A stretch of 64,000 bases of DNA from Elusimicrobiota bacterium (GTDB lineage: Bacteria; Elusimicrobiota; Elusimicrobia; UBA1565; UBA9628), in the NCBI GenBank assembly GCA_027451985.1, contig DAIDHS010000014.1:1748-65747 (forward strand), read 5' to 3'. Shown here piece after piece: positions 39,562-51,900 of this stretch (its first letter is position 1; the number at the start of each line of letters is the position of its first letter). Made by a program: the position numbers and the translations under genes. The notes below the pieces were generated by a model that saw nothing but the letters and a program-made list of their open reading frames with translations, made no database searches and had not been told where the DNA came from.

Positions 39562-40464
39562 ATGAAATCGGAAACCGCCGCCCACAAAGTCGAGTTGACG
39601 CCGCTTGCTCCCGGCTTGGTCAAGGCCAAGGTCGTGCAGGGCAAGGGGCTTTTCCGCGTCGGCTCCGAAAAGCGCCACGGCGAAGCCAGCTCCGTGTTCT
39701 TTGAGTTGAACGGCCGCCGCACCTTCGACATCGGCAACGACTGCGACACCTGCCACTTCTGGTTCCGCGCCGTGGACGATCCGTCCGCCGCGCTGCAAAA
39801 GAAAGCCGCCAATCTCCCTAAGGCCATCCAGATGCCTCGTCCGGTGGACGAGGCCATGGCCAAGGAACTCGTCCCCCTCCTGGAGCTCATGGAGCGCGGC
39901 GAGTACTTCGTCTTCGAGACATCCGTCAACCTGTCCGGGCCCTACCAGTCGGAGGACGAGGGCTCGTACTTCTTCAACAGCGAGTTCATGGAGATCTGGG
40001 ACATCGAGGACCCCAAGGAAGAGGGGCTCTTGTCCGGCTGGGAGCACTACGAAAGCCAGCGGCCCCAAATCTTCCGGCACGAGGACGCCGGCATCTTGGA
40101 GAAGCAGTACGATTTCGTCATCCCCCTGATCCCCCGCGCCGCGCTCAAGGAAGAGTACGTCAAGCTCTACCAGTCCATGATCGAGGGCGGCGACCGCCCC
40201 CGCGTCCTGGTCTACGGCTTCTACCAGCGCGCGATTCCCTCCACGGTCAAGCGCGGGCAGAACAAGAACCTGCACTCCTTCTTCGGCGGCTTCGTCTTGG
40301 ACGGCCACCACAAGCTGGCCGCCTACCGCCGTTCCGGCGTGCCAGTGCCCCTGCTCGTGGTCCTCTCCCAGAAGGCCAGCAAGTATTTCCTGCTCAAGGA
40401 AGAAGGCACGGGCGTGCGCGCCAAATTCGAAGAACGCCTGGCCGTCCTGGCCGCCGCGCACTGA
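39562..40464 (+). CDS. Hypothetical protein with CxxC and a ParB/Srx-like LDGHHK motif
   Basis: CDTC, VLDGHHKLAAY; promoter TTGCGA-N17-TACAAT at 39518-39546. Confidence 0.75.
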   Translation: MKSETAAHKVELTPLAPGLVKAKVVQGKGLFRVGSEKRHGEASSVFFELNGRRTFDIGNDCDTCHFWFRAVDDPSAALQKKAANLPKAIQMPRPVDEAMAKELVPLLELMERGEYFVFETSVNLSGPYQSEDEGSYFFNSEFMEIWDIEDPKEEGLLSGWEHYESQRPQIFRHEDAGILEKQYDFVIPLIPRAALKEEYVKLYQSMIEGGDRPRVLVYGFYQRAIPSTVKRGQNKNLHSFFGGFVLDGHHKLAAYRRSGVPVPLLVVLSQKASKYFLLKEEGTGVRAKFEERLAVLAAAH

Positions 40465-40519
40465 CGGTTTTTACCCTCTTTTTACTTGATTTCCCGGGAG
40501 CTCGCGCTATACTACGGGC

Positions 40520-41107
40520 ATGAGCGAACTCTCCCCCGCCTCGCCGCGATGCCCCAAATGCTTCGCCCAAGTTTCCGAAGAAGCGGCGCAGTGCCCGGCG
40601 TGTTCCTTCGACTTCTCCATCTTGGAGCAGCCGCGGGCGGCGGCCAAGCCCGCGAAAGCGCCCGCGCCCGCAAAAAAGGCCGCACAAGCCCCAGCCCGGC
40701 TCGCGATTCCTGTGCTGGCCGCGGAACCCGTTCCGGTCCTGGCGCCCCAAGCCGCCGCGACGCGCGTCATCCCCAAGCCCGCTCCCGTAAAGACGCTCCC
40801 CTTGCGCCGGCTCGCGCCGGCCCCCAAAATCGCGGCGGCGCGCAGCTTCGCCTGGACGCGCGCCGTTCTGTTTCTGGGCTTGATGGCCGTGGCTTCCTTC
40901 ATGGGCGTCGCGGGATTCCGGCTCTGGGCCGCGCCCGGCGCCTCGACTGATCTGATCATGGACGCGCCTGCCGCGGCCGCTCCCTCGGCCGCAGCCGAAG
41001 CCAATCCCTTCCCACAGCGGACGCCGGACGCCGTCCAAACTCAGGCGGCCTTGGTTTTGGCGGGGCTCTTTTCGACCCAGCTGCAGGCCATGAACCGGAC
41101 GTTCTAG
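40520..41107 (+). CDS. Zn-ribbon, Pro/Ala linker and TM hypothetical protein
   Basis: CPKC...CPAC; TTGATT-N16-TATACT-N6-ATG. Confidence 0.7.
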   Translation: MSELSPASPRCPKCFAQVSEEAAQCPACSFDFSILEQPRAAAKPAKAPAPAKKAAQAPARLAIPVLAAEPVPVLAPQAAATRVIPKPAPVKTLPLRRLAPAPKIAAARSFAWTRAVLFLGLMAVASFMGVAGFRLWAAPGASTDLIMDAPAAAAPSAAAEANPFPQRTPDAVQTQAALVLAGLFSTQLQAMNRTF

Positions 41108-41111
41108 GCCT

Positions 41112-42254
41112 TTAGGGCGCGGAAATCGCGCGCCCGTCCCACCGCAACGCGCCGGGATTCTGGAGCTTGATGACCAGCGGCGGGCGCTTGATGACGATGG
41201 GCTTCTCCGGCGGCGGCGGCGCGGCGGCGAGCTTGCGGATGTCCGGCAGAAGATTGTAGACGTTGTCCCCGGGGCATTCCGTCCTCTCGTAGTCCCGGTG
41301 GCCCTTGACCTCGGCGATAGCGATGCCGTAGCGCGCGTGCAGGTAGCGGATGAGCGCCACGAGCGCGGCTTCCTGGGCCGCGGTCAGGTGGTCGTTGACC
41401 GGCGGGCTGAAGTAGCCCATCATGGCGATGCCGATGTTGCCGTCGTTGTTGCCCTTGACGTGCGAGCCCACGACGTTGACCGGGCGGCCCTCGATGATGT
41501 TCCCCGCGCCGTCGATGAGGAAGTGGTAGCCGATGTCGTCCCAGCCGCGGCCGTTTTGCTGGAAATCCTGGATGAAGCGCACCTCGCGCAGGGTGTCTTT
41601 CAAGTTCATGGTCTGCGGGCCCGCGGTGTGGTGGATGGTGATGCGCCAGGGCGACGGCATGGGCACGTAAGGATTGCGCGTGGGCTTGGCGCGCCACTCC
41701 TTGCGCGTGTGGATGAGCGGCGGCAAAATGGGCTCCGGCGGGCCCGGATGGGCCGGGAGAGACTCCGCGGCTGCGGACTGGGCCTGAGCGTCGTAGACCT
41801 CGATGTCAGAGAGGAACACCGGCGCCGCGCCCTTGATGCCGCCGTCCATGATCTGGAAGCGCAGGGCCCCATCTCCCTCGGGAAGTCGGGCGCGCCCCCA
41901 AAAGCGGCCATTCTTGAAGAGGTGGATTTCCGCGGACACCCAGGGCGACCAGCTCCCGTCCGGCAGGCGCTTGGAAAACTCGTAAACCAGGTTCGCGTCG
42001 CCCTCGGTGCCCTCAAAGATCACCGTGGTCCAAGACTGCGGGAAGGCCAGGCTTCGGCCGCTGCGGTAGAGCGTCTTGGTCGCGCGGGACTTGCGCAAGG
42101 ACAGCGCCAGCGGCAGCTTGGGCGCGCCGCCGAAGGCGGCCGAGAGGGAATCCGCGCCCGAGTCGGGCGAAGCGCCGCCTAGCCGCGGCGCCAAAAGGGC
42201 CGCCAGAAGCGCCAGGGCCAGCGCGGCGCTAACGACGGCAGGCTTCTTCCACAT
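41112..42254 (-). CDS. N-acetylmuramoyl-L-alanine amidase (PGRP/amidase_2)
   Basis: IHHTAG, GWDDIGYHF, GHRD...CPG. Confidence 0.9.
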   Translation of the reverse strand: MWKKPAVVSAALALALLAALLAPRLGGASPDSGADSLSAAFGGAPKLPLALSLRKSRATKTLYRSGRSLAFPQSWTTVIFEGTEGDANLVYEFSKRLPDGSWSPWVSAEIHLFKNGRFWGRARLPEGDGALRFQIMDGGIKGAAPVFLSDIEVYDAQAQSAAAESLPAHPGPPEPILPPLIHTRKEWRAKPTRNPYVPMPSPWRITIHHTAGPQTMNLKDTLREVRFIQDFQQNGRGWDDIGYHFLIDGAGNIIEGRPVNVVGSHVKGNNDGNIGIAMMGYFSPPVNDHLTAAQEAALVALIRYLHARYGIAIAEVKGHRDYERTECPGDNVYNLLPDIRKLAAAPPPPEKPIVIKRPPLVIKLQNPGALRWDGRAISAP

Positions 42255-43548
42255 CCTTGATTTCCTTGGGGACGTCGGTCAGGTTCACCGGCGCGCCGCG
42301 CGTGACCAGAATGTCGTCCTCGATGCGCACGCCGCCGAAGTCCAAAAAGCTCTCCGCCTTGGCGAAATTGACGCTTCCCTTATATTTGCGGCGCACCGCG
42401 GGATCCTGCAGCAGGGCCTTGATGAAGTAGACGCCGGGCTCCATGGTGACCACGAAGCCGGGTTCGAGCTTGGCCACGAAGCGCACCGGCACCTTGTTGG
42501 GGTTCTTGGCGCGGCGCTTCTTGCCGCCGGTCACGTCGTGGACGTCTAAGCCCAACATGTGCGTGAGGCCGTGGGGATAGAAAATGCGCACCGCGCCGCC
42601 CTCGACCAGTCCCGAGGTCTCTCCCTTTAAAAGCCCCAGGGACTTCAAGCCCTCGGCGATGAACCACATGGAGCGCACGTGGAGGTCCGCGGAGTTGACT
42701 CCCGCGCGGGTCATCGTGATGCAGCGCTTCTGGGTCTCCAAAACGAGGGAATAGACGTCCCGCTGCCGGGGCGTGAAGCGTCCGCTCACGGGAAAGGTCC
42801 GCGTGATGTCCGCGGCGTAGCCCTTGTTCTCGGCGCCCGCGTCGATGAGCAGCAAATCGCCGGACTTCATCCGCGCGTTGTTCCGCGAGTAATGCAGCAC
42901 TGCGGCGTTGGCGCCGGCCGCGACGATGCTGGGGTAGGCCAAGCGGCCCAAGCCCTGCTTCAAGCACTCGGCCTCGAACACGGCCTGGATTTCGTACTCG
43001 TAGAGCCCGGGCCGGGCCGCGGCCATGACCGCGCGGTGGGCCTTGGCGCTGGCCGCGTTGGCCGCGCGCATCAAGCGGATTTCCGCGGCGGTCTTGACCG
43101 CGCGCAGCTCGTCCAAGGCGTCGCGCAGCGCGGGCGCGGCGTTGGGCAGGCGCAGGTCCGCCTTGTAGCGCCGCCAGGCCTCCGGATCGGCGTAGCAGCG
43201 GCGCGCGCTTTTGCGGGCGCGCTTGAGCGCCGGGCCCAGCTCGGAGGCGTAGGCGACGTTGGCCACGCCGAAAAGGTGCCTCGCCTCCGCGGGGCCGGGG
43301 ACGTGGCCGAGCCAGACGCGGTGGTGGTTGTCGATTTTGGGGATGAACAGCGTGGATTTCCGGCGGCCCGGCTCCAAAAGCAGGTAGCAGCCGGCCTCCT
43401 CGGCCCCGGTCAAATAGAGGAAGTCGGACTTTTGCCGGAAGGGATACTCCACGTCGTGGTTGCGCGCGACGGGCACGCCCCCGGAGAGAAGGATGAGGCC
43501 GTCGGGAAGCCGCGCCATCAATGAACGCCGGATGTCTTCGTAGTGCAT
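42229..43548 (-). CDS. pepP: Xaa-Pro aminopeptidase
   Basis: FRQKSDFLYLTG, DAGAE, DITRT, HMLGLDVHD, EPG, GVRIEDD. Confidence 0.93.
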   Translation of the reverse strand: MHYEDIRRSLMARLPDGLILLSGGVPVARNHDVEYPFRQKSDFLYLTGAEEAGCYLLLEPGRRKSTLFIPKIDNHHRVWLGHVPGPAEARHLFGVANVAYASELGPALKRARKSARRCYADPEAWRRYKADLRLPNAAPALRDALDELRAVKTAAEIRLMRAANAASAKAHRAVMAAARPGLYEYEIQAVFEAECLKQGLGRLAYPSIVAAGANAAVLHYSRNNARMKSGDLLLIDAGAENKGYAADITRTFPVSGRFTPRQRDVYSLVLETQKRCITMTRAGVNSADLHVRSMWFIAEGLKSLGLLKGETSGLVEGGAVRIFYPHGLTHMLGLDVHDVTGGKKRRAKNPNKVPVRFVAKLEPGFVVTMEPGVYFIKALLQDPAVRRKYKGSVNFAKAESFLDFGGVRIEDDILVTRGAPVNLTDVPKEIKDVEEACRR

Positions 43549-43691
43549 GGCGGTTATTATATATATCTACGCCTTCGCGGCGCGGCGCATAAGGGCCTTT
43601 TCGCCCCGAATCCGCATCTGAAGGGCCCAGCCCAAATTGGGCCATAAGGCTCACGCTTCGGCGACGCGCGTCCGCTATAATAAAAAGCTCG

Positions 43692-45519
43692 ATGAAAAAA
43701 ATTCTATCCGCCGCCTTGGCCGCGCTCCTTGTCGCCGCGCAGGGCGGACTCGTCCAAGCCGCGGACTTTGAAGCCCAGGCCGAGCAGACGGGCGCCGCGC
43801 TGCCCATGGCCGCGGCGCTTGTTCCCTCGGCGGCGGACTTCGCCCTTCTTCCCGAGGCGCAAGAGTTCGGCGCCCAAGACGCGGGACTGCCCGCCGCGGC
43901 GCTCCTCGAATTTTCAAAAACGGCGCTGCCGGCGCGGGTCGCGAGCGCGGCGCCAGTAAAAGCCGCGGCCGCAGTTCCGGCCGTCGCCCAAACGGCGCAA
44001 GACTTTTCGCCCGCCGCAGCGCCCGTCATCGCGGCGCAAACGCTCGAAGCGGCGCCCCGCGCCGCCAAGCCCGAAGCCGCCGCGCCCAAGGCCTCGGCCC
44101 GCGCCCGGCTCGCGCAGTCGGCCGCGTTTTTTAAAGGAAGCGCCAAGAAGGATATAATGGGAGCCGCGGAACGCCAGGACGCGTTCTGGGCGGGAGCCGC
44201 GCTCTCCCCGCAAGACGGCGTCCCCGAGGCCGGCCCGGCGCCGGCGCCCGCACAATTTGAAAAAAATCTCTCGCGCCTCAAGGCGCCCTCCGGCTCGCGC
44301 TCCGGCGCCGCCCTCGCGGCGGCGGCCGTGCCCGTGTTCGTCCCGGTCGTGATTCCCGCCAAGCTCGCCTCGCTCGCCCTGCGCTTCGCGCCCTACCTCA
44401 AGATCGGCGGCATCTTCCTGGGCGCGCACCTCGCCAACAAGTTCGTCCGCCGGACCATCGACAAGGCCGGCGCGCGCCATTCCTGGCCCGCGGACAAGAT
44501 TTCCCTCTACAAATCCGTCTCCACCATCGGCGTCTGGGGCCTGGGCGTGCTGGTCGCCCTGCCCGTGATGGGCGTGGCCTTGAACCACATCGTCGCCGCC
44601 GCGGGCGTCACCGGCGTCCTGGTCTCCATCGCCGCCGGCGACGTCATCAACAACGTCTTCGAGGCCGCGCGCGTGCTTCTGGCGCGGCCCTTTATCCCCG
44701 GCGGCCGCGTCAGCGTCGGGGGCAAGGACTACACGGTTGAGTCCATGGGCTGGCACGACCTGCTGCTGCTTGACGCCAACGGCGGGCGAACGGTCATGCC
44801 CTACACCACGCTCTCGGGCTCGGTCCTCGCCGTCGCGCCGGAGTCGGCGCCGCCCGTGCACGCGGCCCCGGGCGGCCGGGCGCCGCTCAAGATCCTCGCA
44901 GGCATCGTCGACTCCATCCGCGAGGATCTCCCCAAGGCCGGGAAAGAATCGATTCTCCGAGACTCCGCCGTTTATCTCGCCGCCGGCGCCGCGGCCTATC
45001 TGCGCTTCGCCCATCCTCTGCATTGGCTCGCCCCCGTCCTGCCCGGCTTGATGGCCATCTCCGTCGTGGCCGCGGCCGTGGTCACCGCCAAGCTCCTGCG
45101 CCCGGTCCTAGACCGCATCGGCTCGCGCTTTTCCTGGTCGGCCGAGAGGCTTATGGTCGTCCAGGGCGCGTTCCAGGCCCTGCTCTGGGGCCTGACCGGG
45201 GGCCTTGCCTTGAAGTCGCTGGGCACCTCCTGGGCGGCGCTGGGCGCCAGCGTGGGCTTCATCTCCTTGGGCGTGGGCCTGGTGACGCAGAACATCATCT
45301 CCGGATTTTGGAAATGGGTCCTGGTCCGCTTCGGCTGGGCCTTCGGCTTCAACTGCTCGCTGCGCATCGGCGAGACGATTTCGAGCAACGGCGTGCAGGG
45401 CGTGGTGAGCGACATCAACTTCTACTACATCGTGCTCACACTCCCCGACGGCAGGAAAGCCTACGTCCACTACTCCATCGCCTTTCCCTTTACCAAACTA
45501 AACCAGGAGCAAGCCCCCC

Positions 45520-45533
<14 letters not shown>
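43692..45533 (+). CDS. MscS-family protein with two tandem MscS-like modules
   Basis: Signal peptide, Ala/Pro-rich region, then two TM3 plus beta-domain units (RPFIPGGRV; [19 protein letters not shown]). Confidence 0.7.
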
Positions 45534-47358
<1,825 letters not shown>

Positions 47359-47405
47359 AAAGTGGTAGCATGGGACTGCAGTCCAAATCAGCCAAGGAGG
47401 CTCCC

Positions 47406-47723
47406 ATGAACAAAACCAAGAAGCCGCTCTACGCCGCGCTCGCGGCCTGCGCCGTCGCCGCCGTTTTGGCCGGCTGCGTTTCCATCGGCCACACCTTCGA
47501 CACCTCCAAGGTCTCGGCCATCGCCTTGAACAAGACCACCCAGGCGCAAATCCAGCAGACCTTCGGCACCCCGACGCGCACCGGCACGGACGACGGCAGC
47601 CCGACCTGGACCTACCTCGACTACAAGATCAGCGTGATGGGACTGCAGCGCGCCAACGACCTCTACGTGAAATTCAATCCCGACGGCACCGTCAAGTCCT
47701 ACTCCTTCAACACCAACCAGTAG
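47406..47723 (+). CDS. SmpA/BamE-like lipoprotein
   Basis: AAGGAGG RBS, lipobox LAGC, TTQAQIQQTFGTP...WTY. Confidence 0.75.
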   Translation: MNKTKKPLYAALAACAVAAVLAGCVSIGHTFDTSKVSAIALNKTTQAQIQQTFGTPTRTGTDDGSPTWTYLDYKISVMGLQRANDLYVKFNPDGTVKSYSFNTNQ

Positions 47724-47741
47724 GCGCTTGAAAGCCGCCCG

Positions 47742-48917
47742 CTAGTAGACCCAGCCGGGCACGCCGCTGGTGTCTAGCACGCCGCCCTGCGGCGGCTTGG
47801 CGCTGCCCTGGGGCGAGACCGGGATTCTCTGCTCCAGGTTGAGCTTGGGAGTCTTCGTGTTGCCGGTGGGAAGCTCGAAATTCTCCTGCCGGATGGGAGC
47901 CTTGCGCGAGGTGATGACGCTGCCGAAGCGCACCCCCAGCGTGGCGTACTGCAGGTCTTGCAGCGGCCCGGCCATGGCCCAGGCGTAGTCCAACGAGAAG
48001 TCGTGCCACTTGACGCCGAAGCCCAGGGTCAAGCCCAGCGTGTCGCGGTGGAGCTGGTAGCCCACGCGGGCCGCGAAGCCCATCGGCAGCTTGCACTCCA
48101 GGCCCGTGTTGGCGTACCAGGTGCGCTCGTGCGTCATCCACTCGCCGTCCGCGGCCAGGAGCAAGGACGCCCAGTGCCCGGCCGCAAAATGGTAGGCCGC
48201 GCCGGCCCGCAGCGTGGTGGGCAAGGGGTCCGCGACCGCGATGTACTTCAAGCTCCCCCCGATGTTCAAGGCCGAGGCGCCGAAGCTGAGTCCCCAGTCC
48301 GGAATGACCCCCAAATAGCCCGCGTCCCCGGTGAAAGTCTGCGCGTGGTACTGCTGGACCAAGGTCGAGCGGATGTATTTGCCGGTCAGGCCGATGAAGT
48401 TGTTCATCTCGTGCTCGGTGGTGTCGTCGGGGCCCGAGAGAAAGCTCACCTGCCCGATGCTTTCGGCGTAGGAGAGGCCCGCGATGAGGTCCGAGCCCGC
48501 GCTCATGGAGTTGCTGCTTAAAAAGGACCCGTCGGGGTTGGTCTTGTTGACCTGGATGCTGCCGTCCTGCGAGTAGACGAGGTTGGCACCCACGCTCGCG
48601 TAGCCCGCGCCCGAGACCCCCGAGAACGAGATGGGCGCGGCGTAGGCCACGTTCTGAAGCGTGTTGCCGGCCAGGCCCGAGTAAAAGCTGCCCTGCACCT
48701 CCTGCGACTGCAGGAGGCTGATGCCCGCGGGGTTGTAGTAGAGCCCCTCCGGGTCGTCCGCCACGGCCGTAAAGGCGCCGCCCATGCCCAGGGCGCGCGC
48801 GCCCAGCGGAATCTGCAGGACCGATTCCGCGGTCACGCCGGGGTTGGCCTGGCCGAACGCCAAGCCCCCCAGCATGGGCAGGGCCAGCGCCGTCAATACA
48901 AGTCGCCGTGTTCTCAT
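47742..48917 (-). CDS. PorV/PorQ-like outer-membrane barrel
   Basis: GARALGMGGAFTAVADD...YYNPAG, LPTTLRAG, SLDYA. Confidence 0.85.
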   Translation of the reverse strand: MRTRRLVLTALALPMLGGLAFGQANPGVTAESVLQIPLGARALGMGGAFTAVADDPEGLYYNPAGISLLQSQEVQGSFYSGLAGNTLQNVAYAAPISFSGVSGAGYASVGANLVYSQDGSIQVNKTNPDGSFLSSNSMSAGSDLIAGLSYAESIGQVSFLSGPDDTTEHEMNNFIGLTGKYIRSTLVQQYHAQTFTGDAGYLGVIPDWGLSFGASALNIGGSLKYIAVADPLPTTLRAGAAYHFAAGHWASLLLAADGEWMTHERTWYANTGLECKLPMGFAARVGYQLHRDTLGLTLGFGVKWHDFSLDYAWAMAGPLQDLQYATLGVRFGSVITSRKAPIRQENFELPTGNTKTPKLNLEQRIPVSPQGSAKPPQGGVLDTSGVPGWVY

Positions 48918-48953
48918 GATGTCATGCAAACGCCAAACGCCGCTGTAGTCCGG

Positions 48954-51900
48954 CTACTTTACGACCACGATCTTCTGCGTCTTGGAAATCCCCGGGCCGT
49001 CGATGTGAATAAGGTAGACCCCGCTGGCCACCGTCGAGCCTCTCAGGTTCTTGCCGTACCAGTCCACCGAGCCCTGCCCCGCGGGCTCGTCCGCGTCCAA
49101 CAAAGTCTCCACCAGCGCGCCGTTCAGGGTGTAGAGCTTGAGCGAGACGTGCCCCGAGCTCTGCAGCTGGTACTTGATGGTGGTCTTCTGCCCGTCCATC
49201 GGATCGAAAACGTTGTTCCACGCCTGCATGTCCGTGGTGTTGGCGCCCAGGTTCAAGGCGTTGGAGAGCCCGAAGGACACCGTGTCGCTCGAGCTGTCCG
49301 TGCCGAACACCTCCACGTAGACCGAGCCCACGGCCGGGAAGCGCGCCGCAAAACCCGGCAGGATCTTGATTTGCCCGCTCATGGAGCCGGCCGCGTCCGT
49401 CGTGGAGAGCACCGTAAGGTAGGGCGAGCCCGCGTTGGTCTGGGTCTGGGCCAGCACGTTTTGCCCCTGGTCCCGCAGCTGGGCGTAGGCGAAGACGTAG
49501 GTCGGCGTCGAGCCGATGACGGGCGTGGCCGCGTCGAAGCTGATGACGTCGTTGTCGTAGGAGGCGTTGACGATTTGGCCGTTCAAGGCCCCGGCCGCGC
49601 TGTAGGAGACCGACAAGGTATAAGGAAGGGAGTTGCTCACCCCGCTGTTGGAGTCGTTGCCCGTGGGCGAGGCGGCCACGCGGAGGTAGAAGTGCCCGGA
49701 GCCCGCGTTATTATAGGAAAGAGTGACTTGCTGCTGGGTGGTGGTGCAGTCCTGCGCGCTGCAGACCTGCACGCCGCCGGCGTAACCCGTGCCCACGCCG
49801 TTTAAGGCCGGCTGCGCGTCCTCGACCACGTTATGGTTGGCGTCGAAGAGCGTCAGGCCGTAGGCCGAGTAGTAGCCCTGGCCGTCGGCCGAGCCCGGCA
49901 AAGTGAGCGTGACGGTGACGGGGCCCGGCCCCGCGCCGAAGGTGTAGTAGTTCTCCTGGCCCGCGGTGGCGATGTAGCCCTGCACGGTGGGCGTGGTGGA
50001 GACGTCGACCGCGCTGGCAAAGCCCCCGCCCGCGGACGCGGTCAAGCCGTGCGCGGAAAAGGCGTTGTCCACGTAGCCCTGGATGGTGCCGGCGGTCAAG
50101 CCGCCGATGGCGCTGCAGCCGGACAAAGCGGAATAGTTCTGCGCCGCGGCGTCCAGGGCGTCCTGAAACTCGCCGAAGCTTTCGGGGTAGGACAAGAGCG
50201 CCGTGAACTCGAGCTCGTTGGCGCAGGCAACACCATTGGCCGCGCTCTGGGAGAGCAGGTGCCGGCGCACGTCCCACAGAGCCTGGCTCAAGAACAGGCT
50301 GTCGGTGTGGATTTCCCCGCTCCAGTTGTTGCTGGCGCCCGAGGTGAGCACGGCGCAGTGCGGGCCCTCGGAGCAGGACGTGCAGGAGGCCGCGCCCGGG
50401 CAGTTGGTGAACTGGGCCGAGTTGTCGTCCAACTCCCGCAGGGGCGTGTAGCCGTAGCCCAGCTCCTGGAGCACGTAGGCCGCGATGTTGGGGTCGCCCA
50501 AGGAGCTGGCCGACCAGTAGTCGGCGTTGGCCTCCGAGATGGCGCCCGCCTGGCCGAAGTTCTGGATGTTCCAGATTTTCTGCACCACGAAGTGCGTGTA
50601 CTCGTGGCGCACGACCGTGGCGTCGTCCGCGAACATGTCCGAGGGCAGGGAGTCCGACTGGTCGCCGAAGAACAAGTCGTCGTGCTTGGGGTCGTAGAAG
50701 GCGTTGGTGAGGTCGCTGGCCAGGGCCACGGCCGCGACGGGCTTCAAGGTGATGGCCGAGGCCCCGGCCGCGGACATCGCGCCGGCGAAGTAGTCGTGCA
50801 TCATGTTCAGCTGGTAGTAGAGGCTCTGTTCGCTGTGCAGGCCGCTGTAGGTGTAGGAGGACGGCCACCAGTCCACGTCGTCCGAGGGCCCGGAGACGCC
50901 GGGGTTGCTCAGCACCAGGCAGCTTGACGTCGCCACGTCGAAGCCGTAGGCGCCGGAGCCCCCGCCGGCGGCGTTTAATTCCAAGACCATCTTCTGGCCG
51001 ATGCCCGCGGTGCCGTGGAACGAGCCGCCGTAGGTGCCCACGTAGTCCGCGATGGGGTTGCCGAAGGAGTCGAAGGCCGTCAGCTGGTCGTCCTGCTCGA
51101 TGCCGCTGGCTTCTCCGCCCGAGCCCGTGCCGTTGAAGCTCGCGTTGTTATAGATGCCCACGGTCAGCTGCGAGAACACCGGCAAAAACTCGACGGCGTT
51201 GGGCACCAGGCTCGCGACGCTCAAAGTGGAATACGTGATCGAATACGGGGCGTAGGGGTGCGCGGAGGACAAGGGCGTCGAGACCACCTGCCAGGACGCG
51301 CCGTTGTTCTCGTAGTGCGCGTTGGGGCCCTGGTAGTTGGAGACGCTCACGTAGGAGCCCTGCAAGGTGGTGAAGACCTCGCCGGTGGTGGCAATCGAGT
51401 AGGTGCCGTTGGAGGCGGTGGTGGTGCAGTCGGCCGAGGACCCGGCGCAGACGCGCTCATAAGGAAAGGGCTGCAGGGACGCGGGCGTGGAGCTGGGGTC
51501 GACGCCGTAGACCACGCCTCTGACGGTGCCCGCCTCGGCCGACTGGTAGCCGTCGTAGCGGAACAAAATCGCGCCCGTCTCGGCGTCCACGTAGTAGCGC
51601 CAGGCGGCGCCGGGCGCCTGCACGCCCACGCGCCAGGCGAGCTTGTCGCCGCCGCTTTGCCGGTCGGGCCAGACCACCAGCGTCCCCGTGCCCGCCTGCG
51701 CGCCCGAGCCCGCGTCCGCGTCCGCGACCTGCGCGGCCTGGGATTCCGGAATGCCGGGCGTCACGCTCAAATTCAAGGACGGCTCGAAGCTGGAATGGTA
51801 GTTGAAGACCGAGCCGTTTTGGTCCACGTCCATCTTCACCTGCGCGAACTCGACCGGCAGGCCCTGGTAGACCTGCGAGAACAAAAAGTGCGTCACGCCG

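Noticed and set aside
42380-44362. 660-aa minus-strand ORF and the many other long shadow ORFs (e.g. 35955-37463, 5308-6606, 18882-20066)
   Set aside because: Overlap well-supported genes; expected in high-GC DNA; no motifs
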